DNA from: Bacilli bacterium
GTDB lineage: Bacteria > Bacillota_I > Bacilli_A > RF39 > UBA660
NCBI GenBank assembly: GCA_045580645.1
Contig: JAZNOG010000039.1
Span: 1-43,299, forward strand
DNA length: 43,299 bases
Direction: 5' to 3'
Every line of letters starts with the position of its first letter. The stretch's first letter is position 1. Of the stretch, positions 35,718-43,299 are shown one piece after another. Both the position numbers and the translations under genes were made by a program. The notes under the pieces are model-generated. The model made no database searches, was not told the DNA's origin, and saw only the letters and a program-made list of their open reading frames with translations.

Positions 35718-37787
35718 TTAATTACCACTTTTTTTGATAATTTCTTCAGCAATATTTCTTGGAACTTCCTCATAATGATCAGGAACCATTTGGAAAGAAC
35801 CTCTACCTTGTGTATTAGATCTAATACTAGTAGCATAACCAAACATTTCAGAAAGTGGAACCATAGCAGCAAATGCTATTGAATTACCTCTTGATTCTTG
35901 TGAAAGTGGTTTTCCACGACGAGAAGTAATATCTCCCATAACATTTCCAAAATATTCTTCTGGAACAACTATATCAACTTTCATGATTGGTTCTAATAAT
36001 ACAGGTTTACATTTATTTTTAGCTTCTTTTAAAGCCATAGAAGCTGCAATCTTAAATGCCATTTCAGATGAGTCTACATCATGGTATGAACCGTCAAATA
36101 ATGTAGCTTTAACATCTATCATTGGATATCCAGCTAAAATACCTGTTTTAAGTGCATCTTGAATTCCTTTATCAGTAACTGGTATATATTCACGAGGAAC
36201 TACACCACCAACTATTGCATCAACAAATTCATATCCTTTATCAGGGTTTGGTTCAAACTTAATCCAAACATGTCCATATTGTCCACGTCCACCTGATTGT
36301 TTAATGTATTTACCTTCACAATCTCCTGCACAAGTAAGTGTTTCACGATAAGCAACTTGTGGTTTACCAACATTAGCTTCAACATGGAACTCTCTTCTCA
36401 TACGATCTACTAATACATCTAAGTGTAACTCACCGATACCTGCAATAATTGTTTGAGCAGTTTCAGGATCTGTTCTAACTCTAAATGTTGGATCTTCTTC
36501 AGCAAGTTTTTGTAAAGCAATAGCCATCTTATCTTGATCTGCTTTTGACTTAGGTTCAATAGCAAGTTCAATTACTGGGGCTGGAACTTCAATAGATTCA
36601 AGAATAATTGGTTTCTTTTCATCACATAAAGTATCTCCAGTAGTAGTATTTTTAAGGCCTACAGCTGCTGCTATATCACCAGTCCATACTTCTGATATTT
36701 CAGTTCTATCATTCGCGTGCATTTGAAGAATACGACCAATTCTTTCTTTAACATCTTTAGTAGAGTTAAGAACATAACTACCACTAGTTAAATGTCCAGA
36801 GTAAACTCTAAAGAATGTAAGTCTACCAACAAATGGATCTGTCATAACCTTAAATGCTAAAGCACTAAATGGTTCTGAATCAGAAACTTTTCTTTCATCT
36901 TCTTCACCTTTTAATGTAACACCCTTAACAGATGGAACATCAAGTGGAGATGGTAAATAATCAATAACAGCATCAAGCAATAACTTAACACCCTTATTTC
37001 CTAAAGCAGTTCCACACATAACTGGGAAGAATTCTGCTCTTAAAACTCCAGTTCTAATTGCTTTTTTAATCATTTCTACACTAACTTCTTCACCTTCAAG
37101 GTATTTTTCCATTAGTTCATCATCAAATTCAGCAATAGCTTCTAAAAGTTCAGTTCTTTTTTCTTCAACTATATCTTTTAAATCTGCTGGAATTTCAATT
37201 TCTGTATAATTTTCTTCTGGATTACCATCAAAATGATAAGCTTTTCTAGTTATTAAATCAACAACACCATCAAACTCATTTTCAGCGCCAATTGGCCATT
37301 CAATAGGTTTAGCATTAACTGCAAATCTACTATCAATTGATTTTAATGTATAATTGAAATCTGCTCCCATCTTATCCATTTTGTTAACAAAGATAATTCT
37401 AGGAACATTATATTCACTAGCTTGTCTCCAAACAGTTTCAGTTTGAGGTTCAACACCAGCTTGAGCATCTAATAGTGTAACTGCACCATCTAGAACTCTT
37501 AAACTTCTTTGAACTTCAACAGTAAAGTCTACGTGTCCTGGAGTATCGATAATATTATATCTATAACCTTTCCAGAAAGCAGTAGTAGCGGCACTAGTAA
37601 TAGTAATACCACGTTCTTTCTCTTGTTCCATCCAGTCCATTTGAGAAGCACCATCATGAGTTTCTCCTATTTTGTGGATTTTCTTAGTGTGAAATAAAAT
37701 ACGTTCAGTAGAAGTAGTTTTACCGGCATCAATATGTGCCATGATACCAAAATTTCTAGTTTTTTCTAAACTTGTATCTCTTGCCAT
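35718..37787 (-). CDS. fusA: Elongation factor G
   Basis: [21 protein letters not shown]; 689 aa. Confidence 0.98.
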   Translation of the reverse strand: MARDTSLEKTRNFGIMAHIDAGKTTSTERILFHTKKIHKIGETHDGASQMDWMEQEKERGITITSAATTAFWKGYRYNIIDTPGHVDFTVEVQRSLRVLDGAVTLLDAQAGVEPQTETVWRQASEYNVPRIIFVNKMDKMGADFNYTLKSIDSRFAVNAKPIEWPIGAENEFDGVVDLITRKAYHFDGNPEENYTEIEIPADLKDIVEEKRTELLEAIAEFDDELMEKYLEGEEVSVEMIKKAIRTGVLRAEFFPVMCGTALGNKGVKLLLDAVIDYLPSPLDVPSVKGVTLKGEEDERKVSDSEPFSALAFKVMTDPFVGRLTFFRVYSGHLTSGSYVLNSTKDVKERIGRILQMHANDRTEISEVWTGDIAAAVGLKNTTTGDTLCDEKKPIILESIEVPAPVIELAIEPKSKADQDKMAIALQKLAEEDPTFRVRTDPETAQTIIAGIGELHLDVLVDRMRREFHVEANVGKPQVAYRETLTCAGDCEGKYIKQSGGRGQYGHVWIKFEPNPDKGYEFVDAIVGGVVPREYIPVTDKGIQDALKTGILAGYPMIDVKATLFDGSYHDVDSSEMAFKIAASMALKEAKNKCKPVLLEPIMKVDIVVPEEYFGNVMGDITSRRGKPLSQESRGNSIAFAAMVPLSEMFGYATSIRSNTQGRGSFQMVPDHYEEVPRNIAEEIIKKSGN

Positions 37788-37799
37788 ACTTTATTCCTC

Positions 37800-38267
37800 C
37801 TACCATCTATAATGTGCAAATGCCTTATTAGCTTCTGCCATTCTGTGAGTATCTTCACGTTTTTTAACTGAAGCTCCTATTCCATTTGAAGCATCAATAA
37901 TTTCATTTGCTAACTTTTCAGCCATACCTTTACCGCCTCTAAGTCTTGCATAATTAACTAACCATCTAAGTCCTAAAACTTGAGCTCTTTCTTCAGAAAC
38001 TTCAATTGGAACTTGATAATTAGAGCCACCAACACGACGAGATTTAACTTCAAGTGCTGGTTTTATATTTTCAAGTGCTTGATTAAATACTTCCATTGGT
38101 TCTTTACCAGTTTTTTCTTTAATCATGTTAAATGCATCATATAAGATTTTTTCTGATTTACCACGTTTTCCATCTATCATCATAGAGTTAATTAACTTAG
38201 TAACAACTTTAGATTTGTATATTGGATCTGGTAAAACATCTCTCTTAACTGCACGTTTCTTACGCAT
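37800..38267 (-). CDS. rpsG: 30S ribosomal protein S7
   Basis: Typical S7 sequence ending in [10 protein letters not shown]. Confidence 0.97.
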   Translation of the reverse strand: MRKKRAVKRDVLPDPIYKSKVVTKLINSMMIDGKRGKSEKILYDAFNMIKEKTGKEPMEVFNQALENIKPALEVKSRRVGGSNYQVPIEVSEERAQVLGLRWLVNYARLRGGKGMAEKLANEIIDASNGIGASVKKREDTHRMAEANKAFAHYRW

Positions 38268-38285
38268 ATTTATCCTCCTTTATTA

Positions 38286-38696
38286 TTATTTTCCTTTTTT
38301 AGTTCCATATTTAGAACGAGCTTGTTTACGGTCTTTAACCCCTTGAGTATCCATTGTTCCACGAACAACATGATAACGAACACCGATTAAGTCTTTAACA
38401 CGACCACCACGAATTAGAACAACACTATGTTCTTGTAAGTTATGTCCTTCTCCAGGAATATAAGCATCCACTTCTTTACCATTACTTAAACGAACACGAG
38501 CATATTTTCTCAAAGCTGAGTTTGGTTTTTTAGGTGTCTTAGTTCCTACACGAATACATACCCCACGTTTTTGTGGTGAAGGTATTTCATAAGATTTCTT
38601 CTCTAATGTATTAGTTCTAATTCCTAATACTGGAGATTTACTCTTTCTAACCTTATCAGTTCTCTTTTTTCTAACAAGTTGATTTATTGTTGGCAT
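38286..38696 (-). CDS. rpsL: 30S ribosomal protein S12
   Basis: [10 protein letters not shown]... and KKPNSALRK. Confidence 0.97.
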   Translation of the reverse strand: MPTINQLVRKKRTDKVRKSKSPVLGIRTNTLEKKSYEIPSPQKRGVCIRVGTKTPKKPNSALRKYARVRLSNGKEVDAYIPGEGHNLQEHSVVLIRGGRVKDLIGVRYHVVRGTMDTQGVKDRKQARSKYGTKKGK

Positions 38697-38789
38697 AACG
38701 TCTCCTTTCTACACATATCCAGGTGTATCTTTTTTCATTTTTTTAAATAGGCCTGCCTAAACACACCTAAATAAAATTCAAACACCAGT

Positions 38790-38818
38790 AATATATCACT
38801 AAGTAACAAATTTGTCAA
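38790..38818 (-). promoter_or_regulatory. str-operon promoter
   Basis: On the minus strand: TTGACA (38818-38813), 17 nt, TATATT (38795-38790). Confidence 0.6.
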
Positions 38819-38894
38819 TTAGTTTTAGTTATTTTTTTATTTTTTACAATCACTCTAATAATATATGCAAAAAATAACTTTTAATAAACAAAAA

Positions 38895-39815
38895 CTACCA
38901 TCCTTTATCTAAATCGAAATATTTTGAATAATCATAACTAATTTGCTTACCACTTTTAGTATCAATCCATCCTTTAAAAGAATGAGACCAATTAGTTAAT
39001 TCCAAAGAACTTTTACCCCTTAATTTTTTTAGCACTTTATCCATTGTATTTAATTCTTCAGAAGAAAACAAACTATTATCACACTCCAAAATCGGCTTAA
39101 ATAAAATATAATCTTCTTCATTATTTACAATTTCTACATAATTATGTTTAATTAAAAAATTAAGACAAGCATCCTTTTTATCAATAACCGGTCCATAATC
39201 ACCATGTGCATATTTTAAATTAGTAATAGAACTTCCTCTTTCCTTAAAAGACTCAAAATCAATAGCAAAAAGATTTTTCATTATTTGGGTTCTTGTTAAA
39301 TAATTATCTTTTAGAACATACAAAAATACATTAACAGTTTTAATATCAATCTCTAATTTTATTAAATCCAAAATCTTAAAATAAATTTTATCATCTATTT
39401 TATTTCTATTACTATTCAAAATCTTTAAAAATTCAGCCTTATTATTTTCAATACTCTTATAAATAGAAATATACTGATTTTGAGGCAAAGACATAGCATT
39501 TTCATACCTAGTAACAGTTTTTTTACTCCAGTTTAAAGCAGAAGCAAAAAGTTCTTGAGATAGATTATAAAATTTTCTTATTTCTTTTAACTTTTCAAAA
39601 CTTAATCCATTTAATTTTAAATACTCATTATAAATTAAATAAAAAGACTCATTTAAATTAGCATTAACTAACTCATTGCCACAACAAGAACAAATGAAAA
39701 CTTCTTCCTTAACACATACATCACTTCCACGAACAGTATAAATATTTTCTACATTTTTTTTATCATAAGAAACATCCTTATCACAAAAAAAACAATAAAC
39801 TTTTTTATCCATCAT
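38895..39815 (-). CDS. Fusion antitoxin: MqsA-like Zn-ribbon plus XRE-HTH N-terminus, and a Panacea (DUF4065/SocA-like) C-terminus
   Basis: The N-terminus is CFFCDK...FICSCCGNE, then IRKFYNLSQELFASAL..SKKTVTRYENAMSLP, following the pattern of E. coli MqsA. The C-terminus is LTRTQIMKNLFAIDFESFKERGSSITNLKYAHGDYGPVI...LELTNWSHSFKGW, typical of DUF4065. Confidence 0.75.
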   Translation of the reverse strand: MMDKKVYCFFCDKDVSYDKKNVENIYTVRGSDVCVKEEVFICSCCGNELVNANLNESFYLIYNEYLKLNGLSFEKLKEIRKFYNLSQELFASALNWSKKTVTRYENAMSLPQNQYISIYKSIENNKAEFLKILNSNRNKIDDKIYFKILDLIKLEIDIKTVNVFLYVLKDNYLTRTQIMKNLFAIDFESFKERGSSITNLKYAHGDYGPVIDKKDACLNFLIKHNYVEIVNNEEDYILFKPILECDNSLFSSEELNTMDKVLKKLRGKSSLELTNWSHSFKGWIDTKSGKQISYDYSKYFDLDKGW

Positions 39816-39827
39816 AACACCTCACAA

Positions 39828-40187
39828 CTAATAACTTTCATGAAAAGAAATACATATAATACCTCTACCATTCATCGTTAATTTAATATAAACCATCTTA
39901 CTATTTATTAACTTTTTAAAAATATAAACTTCAGAATTCATATCTCTAGAAAAATCAAAATCCCTATCCACTTTAATATAATCAGAAACTTCTAATTTAT
40001 AAACATGATCCCATATTTCTTTAACATTCATAATTCCTATATCAATCAAAGCTTGTTTAGCAGAAATAATTTTCCCATTCGTTTTTATCTTTCTATATCC
40101 TACAAAATAACAATTACCCTTTCTTATTTCTCTCTTACATATATTTAAAAAAGATTTTACTGCACTTAAATCAAGAACACTTAACAT
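39828..40187 (-). CDS. MqsR-like toxin (119 aa)
   Basis: By-eye alignment to E. coli MqsR: LSAVKSFL vs LSQVKKLV, KLEVSDYIKVD vs GLSESDFYKSM, EVYIFKKL vs DVYRPRL, and VYIKLT..IICISFHE vs VYLKIT..LIVSFKE. The toxin-first gene order and the 12-nt gap to the antitoxin match mqsRA. Confidence 0.6.
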   Translation of the reverse strand: MLSVLDLSAVKSFLNICKREIRKGNCYFVGYRKIKTNGKIISAKQALIDIGIMNVKEIWDHVYKLEVSDYIKVDRDFDFSRDMNSEVYIFKKLINSKMVYIKLTMNGRGIICISFHESY

Positions 40188-40207
40188 CCTACCTCCTGAA
40201 AAAATCT

Positions 40208-40252
40208 ATAACAAGATAACAACATTATAAAGTATTTCAAAATTGGTGTCAA
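40208..40252 (-). promoter_or_regulatory. Consensus promoter plus direct-repeat operator candidate of the TA module
   Basis: On the minus strand: TTGACA (40252-40247), 17 nt, TATAAT (40229-40224). This is followed by TTGTTAT c TTGTTAT (40222-40208), which lies before the SD. Confidence 0.65.
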
Positions 40253-40312
40253 CTGTCTCCAAAAAAATAAAATAAAAAAGATTTAGCATTACAACCAAAT
40301 CCATTCTTCATT

Positions 40313-40603
40313 CTACATATGTCTAGTTCTTTCATATGATTTAAAATTATCATGACTTTCCAAACGTTTTTTCTCTTCCACAGCAGTTTTCTCGCGTCTA
40401 TTCCAAAAATCTGCAAAAAGTATATGTATAGCAGCATCATAATAATCAAAACGTAAAGAAAAGTAATTTTCCCCATCTTTAATCAGCTCAAGCAAAATAA
40501 AAGCCACTTCTTTACAACTTAAAGCTAAACTAATAATACTCATAGCTTTATAAAATTTAATTTTTTTATCAATTTTATCTAATCTTTCAAAACCCTCTTG
40601 CAC
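40313..40603 (-). CDS. Hypothetical 96-aa helical protein
   Basis: GTG start with the SD AAAGGAGTG 5 nt upstream. It has its own TTGATT-17-TATAAT promoter (40656-40628) and a weak hairpin plus long T-run downstream. Confidence 0.55.
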   Translation of the reverse strand: MQEGFERLDKIDKKIKFYKAMSIISLALSCKEVAFILLELIKDGENYFSLRFDYYDAAIHILFADFWNRREKTAVEEKKRLESHDNFKSYERTRHM

Positions 40604-40659
40604 AATAACACTCCTTTCAATTTAGATATTATATCTTAAAAATATATAATAATCAATAA

Positions 40660-41859
40660 TTATTTTATTTTAATAACCATCTTTCTAATGAAAACAAAAA
40701 CAAAAATTATCAAAAACAAAACACACAAAACTAAAATAACTACACCAACATTTCCTTTAAGATATTTAAAAATATCAAAATGAATATCATCTTCTAAATA
40801 TAACTTTATTTCATCAAGAACTTCTCCATCATAATATATAAATAAACTACCAATATAATCCCCTTTTTCAAAAGAATTATCAATAACTTCATAACCAACA
40901 TACTCTGTCTTTATATCTTTCTCATAATCATTTTCTAAATAATAACTATAATATTTATTACTCTTTAAATATATTTTTTCTTCTTTTAAATACTTAGTAT
41001 CAAGTTCTTTTAAAATATCATTACTAGAAATAATAACTTGATAACCATAATTATTCATATAATATTCATAAATCTTTTTAGAATCAACAAAATGATTAGG
41101 AACATTACTAGCATTTAAGGTAATAAGCATATAATTAACATCATTATAAGAAGCAATTGAAGCTAAACAATAACCTGCTTTTACATCATTACCGGTCTTG
41201 CCTCCAATTAAATAAGGCATTGAAATATCAAACTTATCAAAATAATAATCTATTGTATGTTCTAACAAAACACCTGATGCATTATAAGATAAAGTTCTTA
41301 CAATTTTATTAAAAACTTCATTATTTAAAGCATATTTAAACAAAATATATATATCCCTAGCAGTAGAATAATTTTTCTTATCATCAAGTCCAGTTGTATT
41401 TGCAAAATGAGTATTAGTCATACCAAGTTCTTTTGCCTTTTTATTCATTTCATTAACAAAATTATTAACAGAACCAAAAGTAAGCCTAGCTAAAGCATTC
41501 GCACAATCTCCACCACTAGAAAGTAAAAGACCATGCAACAAATCCATATAAGAATAATTAGTATTAAGTTTTAACCCAGAAAGTTGAACATCATAAGCAA
41601 AATCTTTAACATCAGCATAAATTATTTTTCCCTTAGAATTTAAATCCTGAACATTTTCCAATACCACAATTGCAGTCATTATCTTAGTTAAAGAAGCAAT
41701 ATAAGTCTTTTCATCTATATTTTTTTCATACAAAAAACTATCATCATTTAAATTAACTAATAAAACCTTTTCACTATCAAGTTTAAAACTAACAGCTAAA
41801 ACATTAAAAGGCACCATAAAAAGTAACAAAAATACAATAATTTTAATAAAATGTTTCAT
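40660..41859 (-). CDS. D-alanyl-D-alanine carboxypeptidase (PBP5/DacB/DacF type) with a C-terminal membrane anchor
   Basis: SLTKIMT (SxxK), GGKTGN (KTG), a signal peptide and a C-terminal TM helix. The start is set at MKHFIK (41859). Confidence 0.88.
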   Translation of the reverse strand: MKHFIKIIVFLLLFMVPFNVLAVSFKLDSEKVLLVNLNDDSFLYEKNIDEKTYIASLTKIMTAIVVLENVQDLNSKGKIIYADVKDFAYDVQLSGLKLNTNYSYMDLLHGLLLSSGGDCANALARLTFGSVNNFVNEMNKKAKELGMTNTHFANTTGLDDKKNYSTARDIYILFKYALNNEVFNKIVRTLSYNASGVLLEHTIDYYFDKFDISMPYLIGGKTGNDVKAGYCLASIASYNDVNYMLITLNASNVPNHFVDSKKIYEYYMNNYGYQVIISSNDILKELDTKYLKEEKIYLKSNKYYSYYLENDYEKDIKTEYVGYEVIDNSFEKGDYIGSLFIYYDGEVLDEIKLYLEDDIHFDIFKYLKGNVGVVILVLCVLFLIIFVFVFIRKMVIKIK

Positions 41860-41895
41860 AATAAGCTCCATCATAATATAACTAAATAAATTATA

Positions 41896-41928
41896 TCAAA
41901 AAAAGACTTAGTATTAAAACTAAATCTT
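41896..41928 (-). terminator. Terminator after paralogue 1 (repeated unit)
   Basis: aagacttagt pairs with actaaatctt (one mismatch), followed by T7 on the minus strand. The same arms recur at 42812-42836. Confidence 0.6.
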
Positions 41929-41933
41929 ATATT

Positions 41934-42737
41934 TTATGCACCTTGATAATCATCAAACCAAATATTAAAATAAAAACCACACATTCCTTTATATTCATAT
42001 TTTACATTTGAAGATTTACAATTTACTTTTTCTACTAAAATTTTCGAATAATCAATATCATTATTACTTAAATCAAATTTTTCTTCATAAACATTAAAAG
42101 TATAGTTGGATAATTTTTCATAACTATTGCGTGAAATAATTCCATTTACAATATTGTCAAAATTAACTTTTCCCTCTTCATAAGAACTCATACTAATTTC
42201 TCGTTCTAATTTTTGTGATGATAAAATAAATAAATTAGCACCTGAAGCATTTGCAGCAGATATCATAAAATAATCTTTATATGTATGAATACTATAGTCA
42301 TATGAATTAGAAATAATATTTACTTCTGCAACAAACTTATCATCTAAATAAATAGAAAGTGATTTTTCATAATTATTATTAGATTCGTCATAAGCACCTA
42401 CTTTCAAAACTAATTCATAAGATTTTTCATTTAATTTAAAATTATTTACAACTATATTATGTTCAATTGTCGAATAATCAAAATTATCATCATATTGCAT
42501 AATAAGTTCTTGCTGTTCACTTTCAAAATCTATACTAGCAATAATATTTACTTCTTCATTATCTACATCAGTTTCATCATTTGATTGATTAACATCATTC
42601 TTATCAACTACATCGTCTTTACTAAAATACTTATCAATAACAAAATAGCTACCAAAACCCACTAGTAATAAACCAATAATAATAGATAAAATTATTATTA
42701 ATTTCTTTCTTTTTTTATTTTCCATATTTTTTACCAA
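41934..42737 (-). CDS. Membrane-anchored hypothetical protein, paralogue 1
   Basis: N-terminal KKRKK plus a TM helix, then an acidic linker. It shares SIYLDDKFVAEV with DIYLDNNFVGSF in the next gene. The start is uncertain (TTG at 42737 or ATG at 42725). Confidence 0.6.
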   Translation of the reverse strand: MVKNMENKKRKKLIIILSIIIGLLLVGFGSYFVIDKYFSKDDVVDKNDVNQSNDETDVDNEEVNIIASIDFESEQQELIMQYDDNFDYSTIEHNIVVNNFKLNEKSYELVLKVGAYDESNNNYEKSLSIYLDDKFVAEVNIISNSYDYSIHTYKDYFMISAANASGANLFILSSQKLEREISMSSYEEGKVNFDNIVNGIISRNSYEKLSNYTFNVYEEKFDLSNNDIDYSKILVEKVNCKSSNVKYEYKGMCGFYFNIWFDDYQGA

Positions 42738-42806
42738 CCTCTCTTATATTTTAATAATACCAAAAAAAACAATATTTTTCAAACATAAATTCCACAATTA
42801 TGTAAA

Positions 42807-42836
42807 TAAAAAAGACTTAGTATTGCACTAAATCTT
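42807..42836 (-). terminator. Terminator after paralogue 2 (repeated unit)
   Basis: aagacttagt (42812-42821) pairs with actaaatctt (42827-42836), followed by a T-run on the minus strand. Confidence 0.6.
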
Positions 42837-42844
42837 AAAACATT

Positions 42845-43299
42845 TTAAGCACATTGCGACCCTTCAGGTAAAGGAGTATTAAAATAAGCACTGCATGTAC
42901 ATCCATAATTTGCCGGATTAGTGCAAGATATAGAATCATCAAATTCAGTCGTTATATTAATATCACCATTTAAATCAATATTATCTAAAAGATTATATAT
43001 TACTAAATTTTTATCATCTTTAACCTTATAACTTCTAGAAATTAAACCTTGGTCTAAATTCATATAATACCTACCTGAATACATTCCAGTAATTTCCGAA
43101 TAATATATATCATGTTCATCAAAAATAACACCGTGTTCTCCATAAGTAGTTCCTAAAAACAATAATACATAATCATTATAAATATAAATACTGGAATAAT
43201 TAAAGAAAATACTAATTGTCGTAACAAAAGACCCAACGAAATTATTATCTAAATATATGTCTACTGTTTTATAATAATCAATAACGTTTATAAATAATA
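42845..43299 (-). CDS. Hypothetical protein, paralogue 2, 5' end beyond the window
   Basis: The frame stays open from 43162 up to 43299 (..VDIYLDNNFVGSFVTTISIFFNYSSIYIYNDYVLLFLGTTYGEHG..), so the TTG start in the track is probably internal. The C-terminus is Cys-rich: CTNPANYGCTCSAYFNTPLPEGSQCA. Confidence 0.6.
   Translation of the reverse strand, partial: LFINVIDYYKTVDIYLDNNFVGSFVTTISIFFNYSSIYIYNDYVLLFLGTTYGEHGVIFDEHDIYYSEITGMYSGRYYMNLDQGLISRSYKVKDDKNLVIYNLLDNIDLNGDINITTEFDDSISCTNPANYGCTCSAYFNTPLPEGSQCA

Noticed and set aside
40249-40476. 75-aa minus-strand ORF overlapping the 96-aa gene and the TA promoter
   Set aside because: It is out of frame with the SD-supported 40313..40603 gene, runs across that gene's terminator and the TA -35 box, and has no SD.
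1-43299. Alternative genetic code (TGA=Trp, Mollicutes-like), considered because of the extreme AT content
   Set aside because: All conserved genes are intact under the standard code. TGA terminates well-defined genes at the expected length (for example the ATPase at 12985 and frr at 19185). Spo0A and CotE point to a sporulating Firmicute.
1-43299. CRISPR arrays, rRNA, transposases, integrases, prophage
   Set aside because: I found no regularly spaced repeats of 25-40 bp. The only tandem repeat is 3 x 10 bp at 27851-27880. No recombinase or transposase-like ORF is present, and no rRNA-like conserved stretches. The tRNA-Ala has no flanking direct repeat or integrase.

Overview
This is a very AT-rich chromosomal segment from a spore-forming Firmicute. 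Evidence for sporulation: a Spo0A with the full C-terminal DNA-binding signature, a CotE homologue, a YjcZ-type tiny sporulation peptide and a SEDS protein. The standard genetic code applies, since TGA is used as a stop (for example at 12985 and 19185). Almost every gene is on the minus strand, and most are core housekeeping genes. Left to right these are: comEC(partial)-comEA, ftsW/rodA, def, dut, smc, gmk, rnc, yidD, gpmI, spo0A, tpiA, pgk, dinB, frr, tsf, rpsB, rplT-rpmI-infC with an L20-leader attenuator, glyA, tRNA-Ala(UGC), the KH protein, rpsP, cotE, miaB, tuf-fusA-rpsG-rpsL and a PBP5-type carboxypeptidase. Many units carry near-perfect TTGACA-17-TATAAT promoters and clean intrinsic terminators. 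I saw no transposase, integrase, CRISPR array or rRNA. The items most worth follow-up are: (1) a toxin-antitoxin module between the rpsL promoter and dac, pairing an MqsR-like toxin with an antitoxin that fuses an MqsA-like Zn-ribbon/HTH to a Panacea (DUF4065) domain; (2) an uncalled 25-codon hydrophobic ORF next to tRNA-Ala with a convergent antisense promoter and terminator, the layout of a type I TA; (3) near-identical Lys/Glu-linker plus Rho_N-like tails on both ribosomal proteins S2 and L20; (4) a hybrid sensor kinase whose H-box, N/G boxes and receiver residues are all degenerate; (5) spo0A and a DUF4143-type ATPase embedded in the glycolytic pgk-tpiA-gpmI cluster, with a perfect 0A box inside the tpiA terminator; (6) an orphan ZnuA/PsaA-like lipoprotein lacking the canonical His ligands; (7) a 476-aa protein with a RelE/ParE-like C-terminal pattern. 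All homology calls come from reading motifs by eye. No searches were run.
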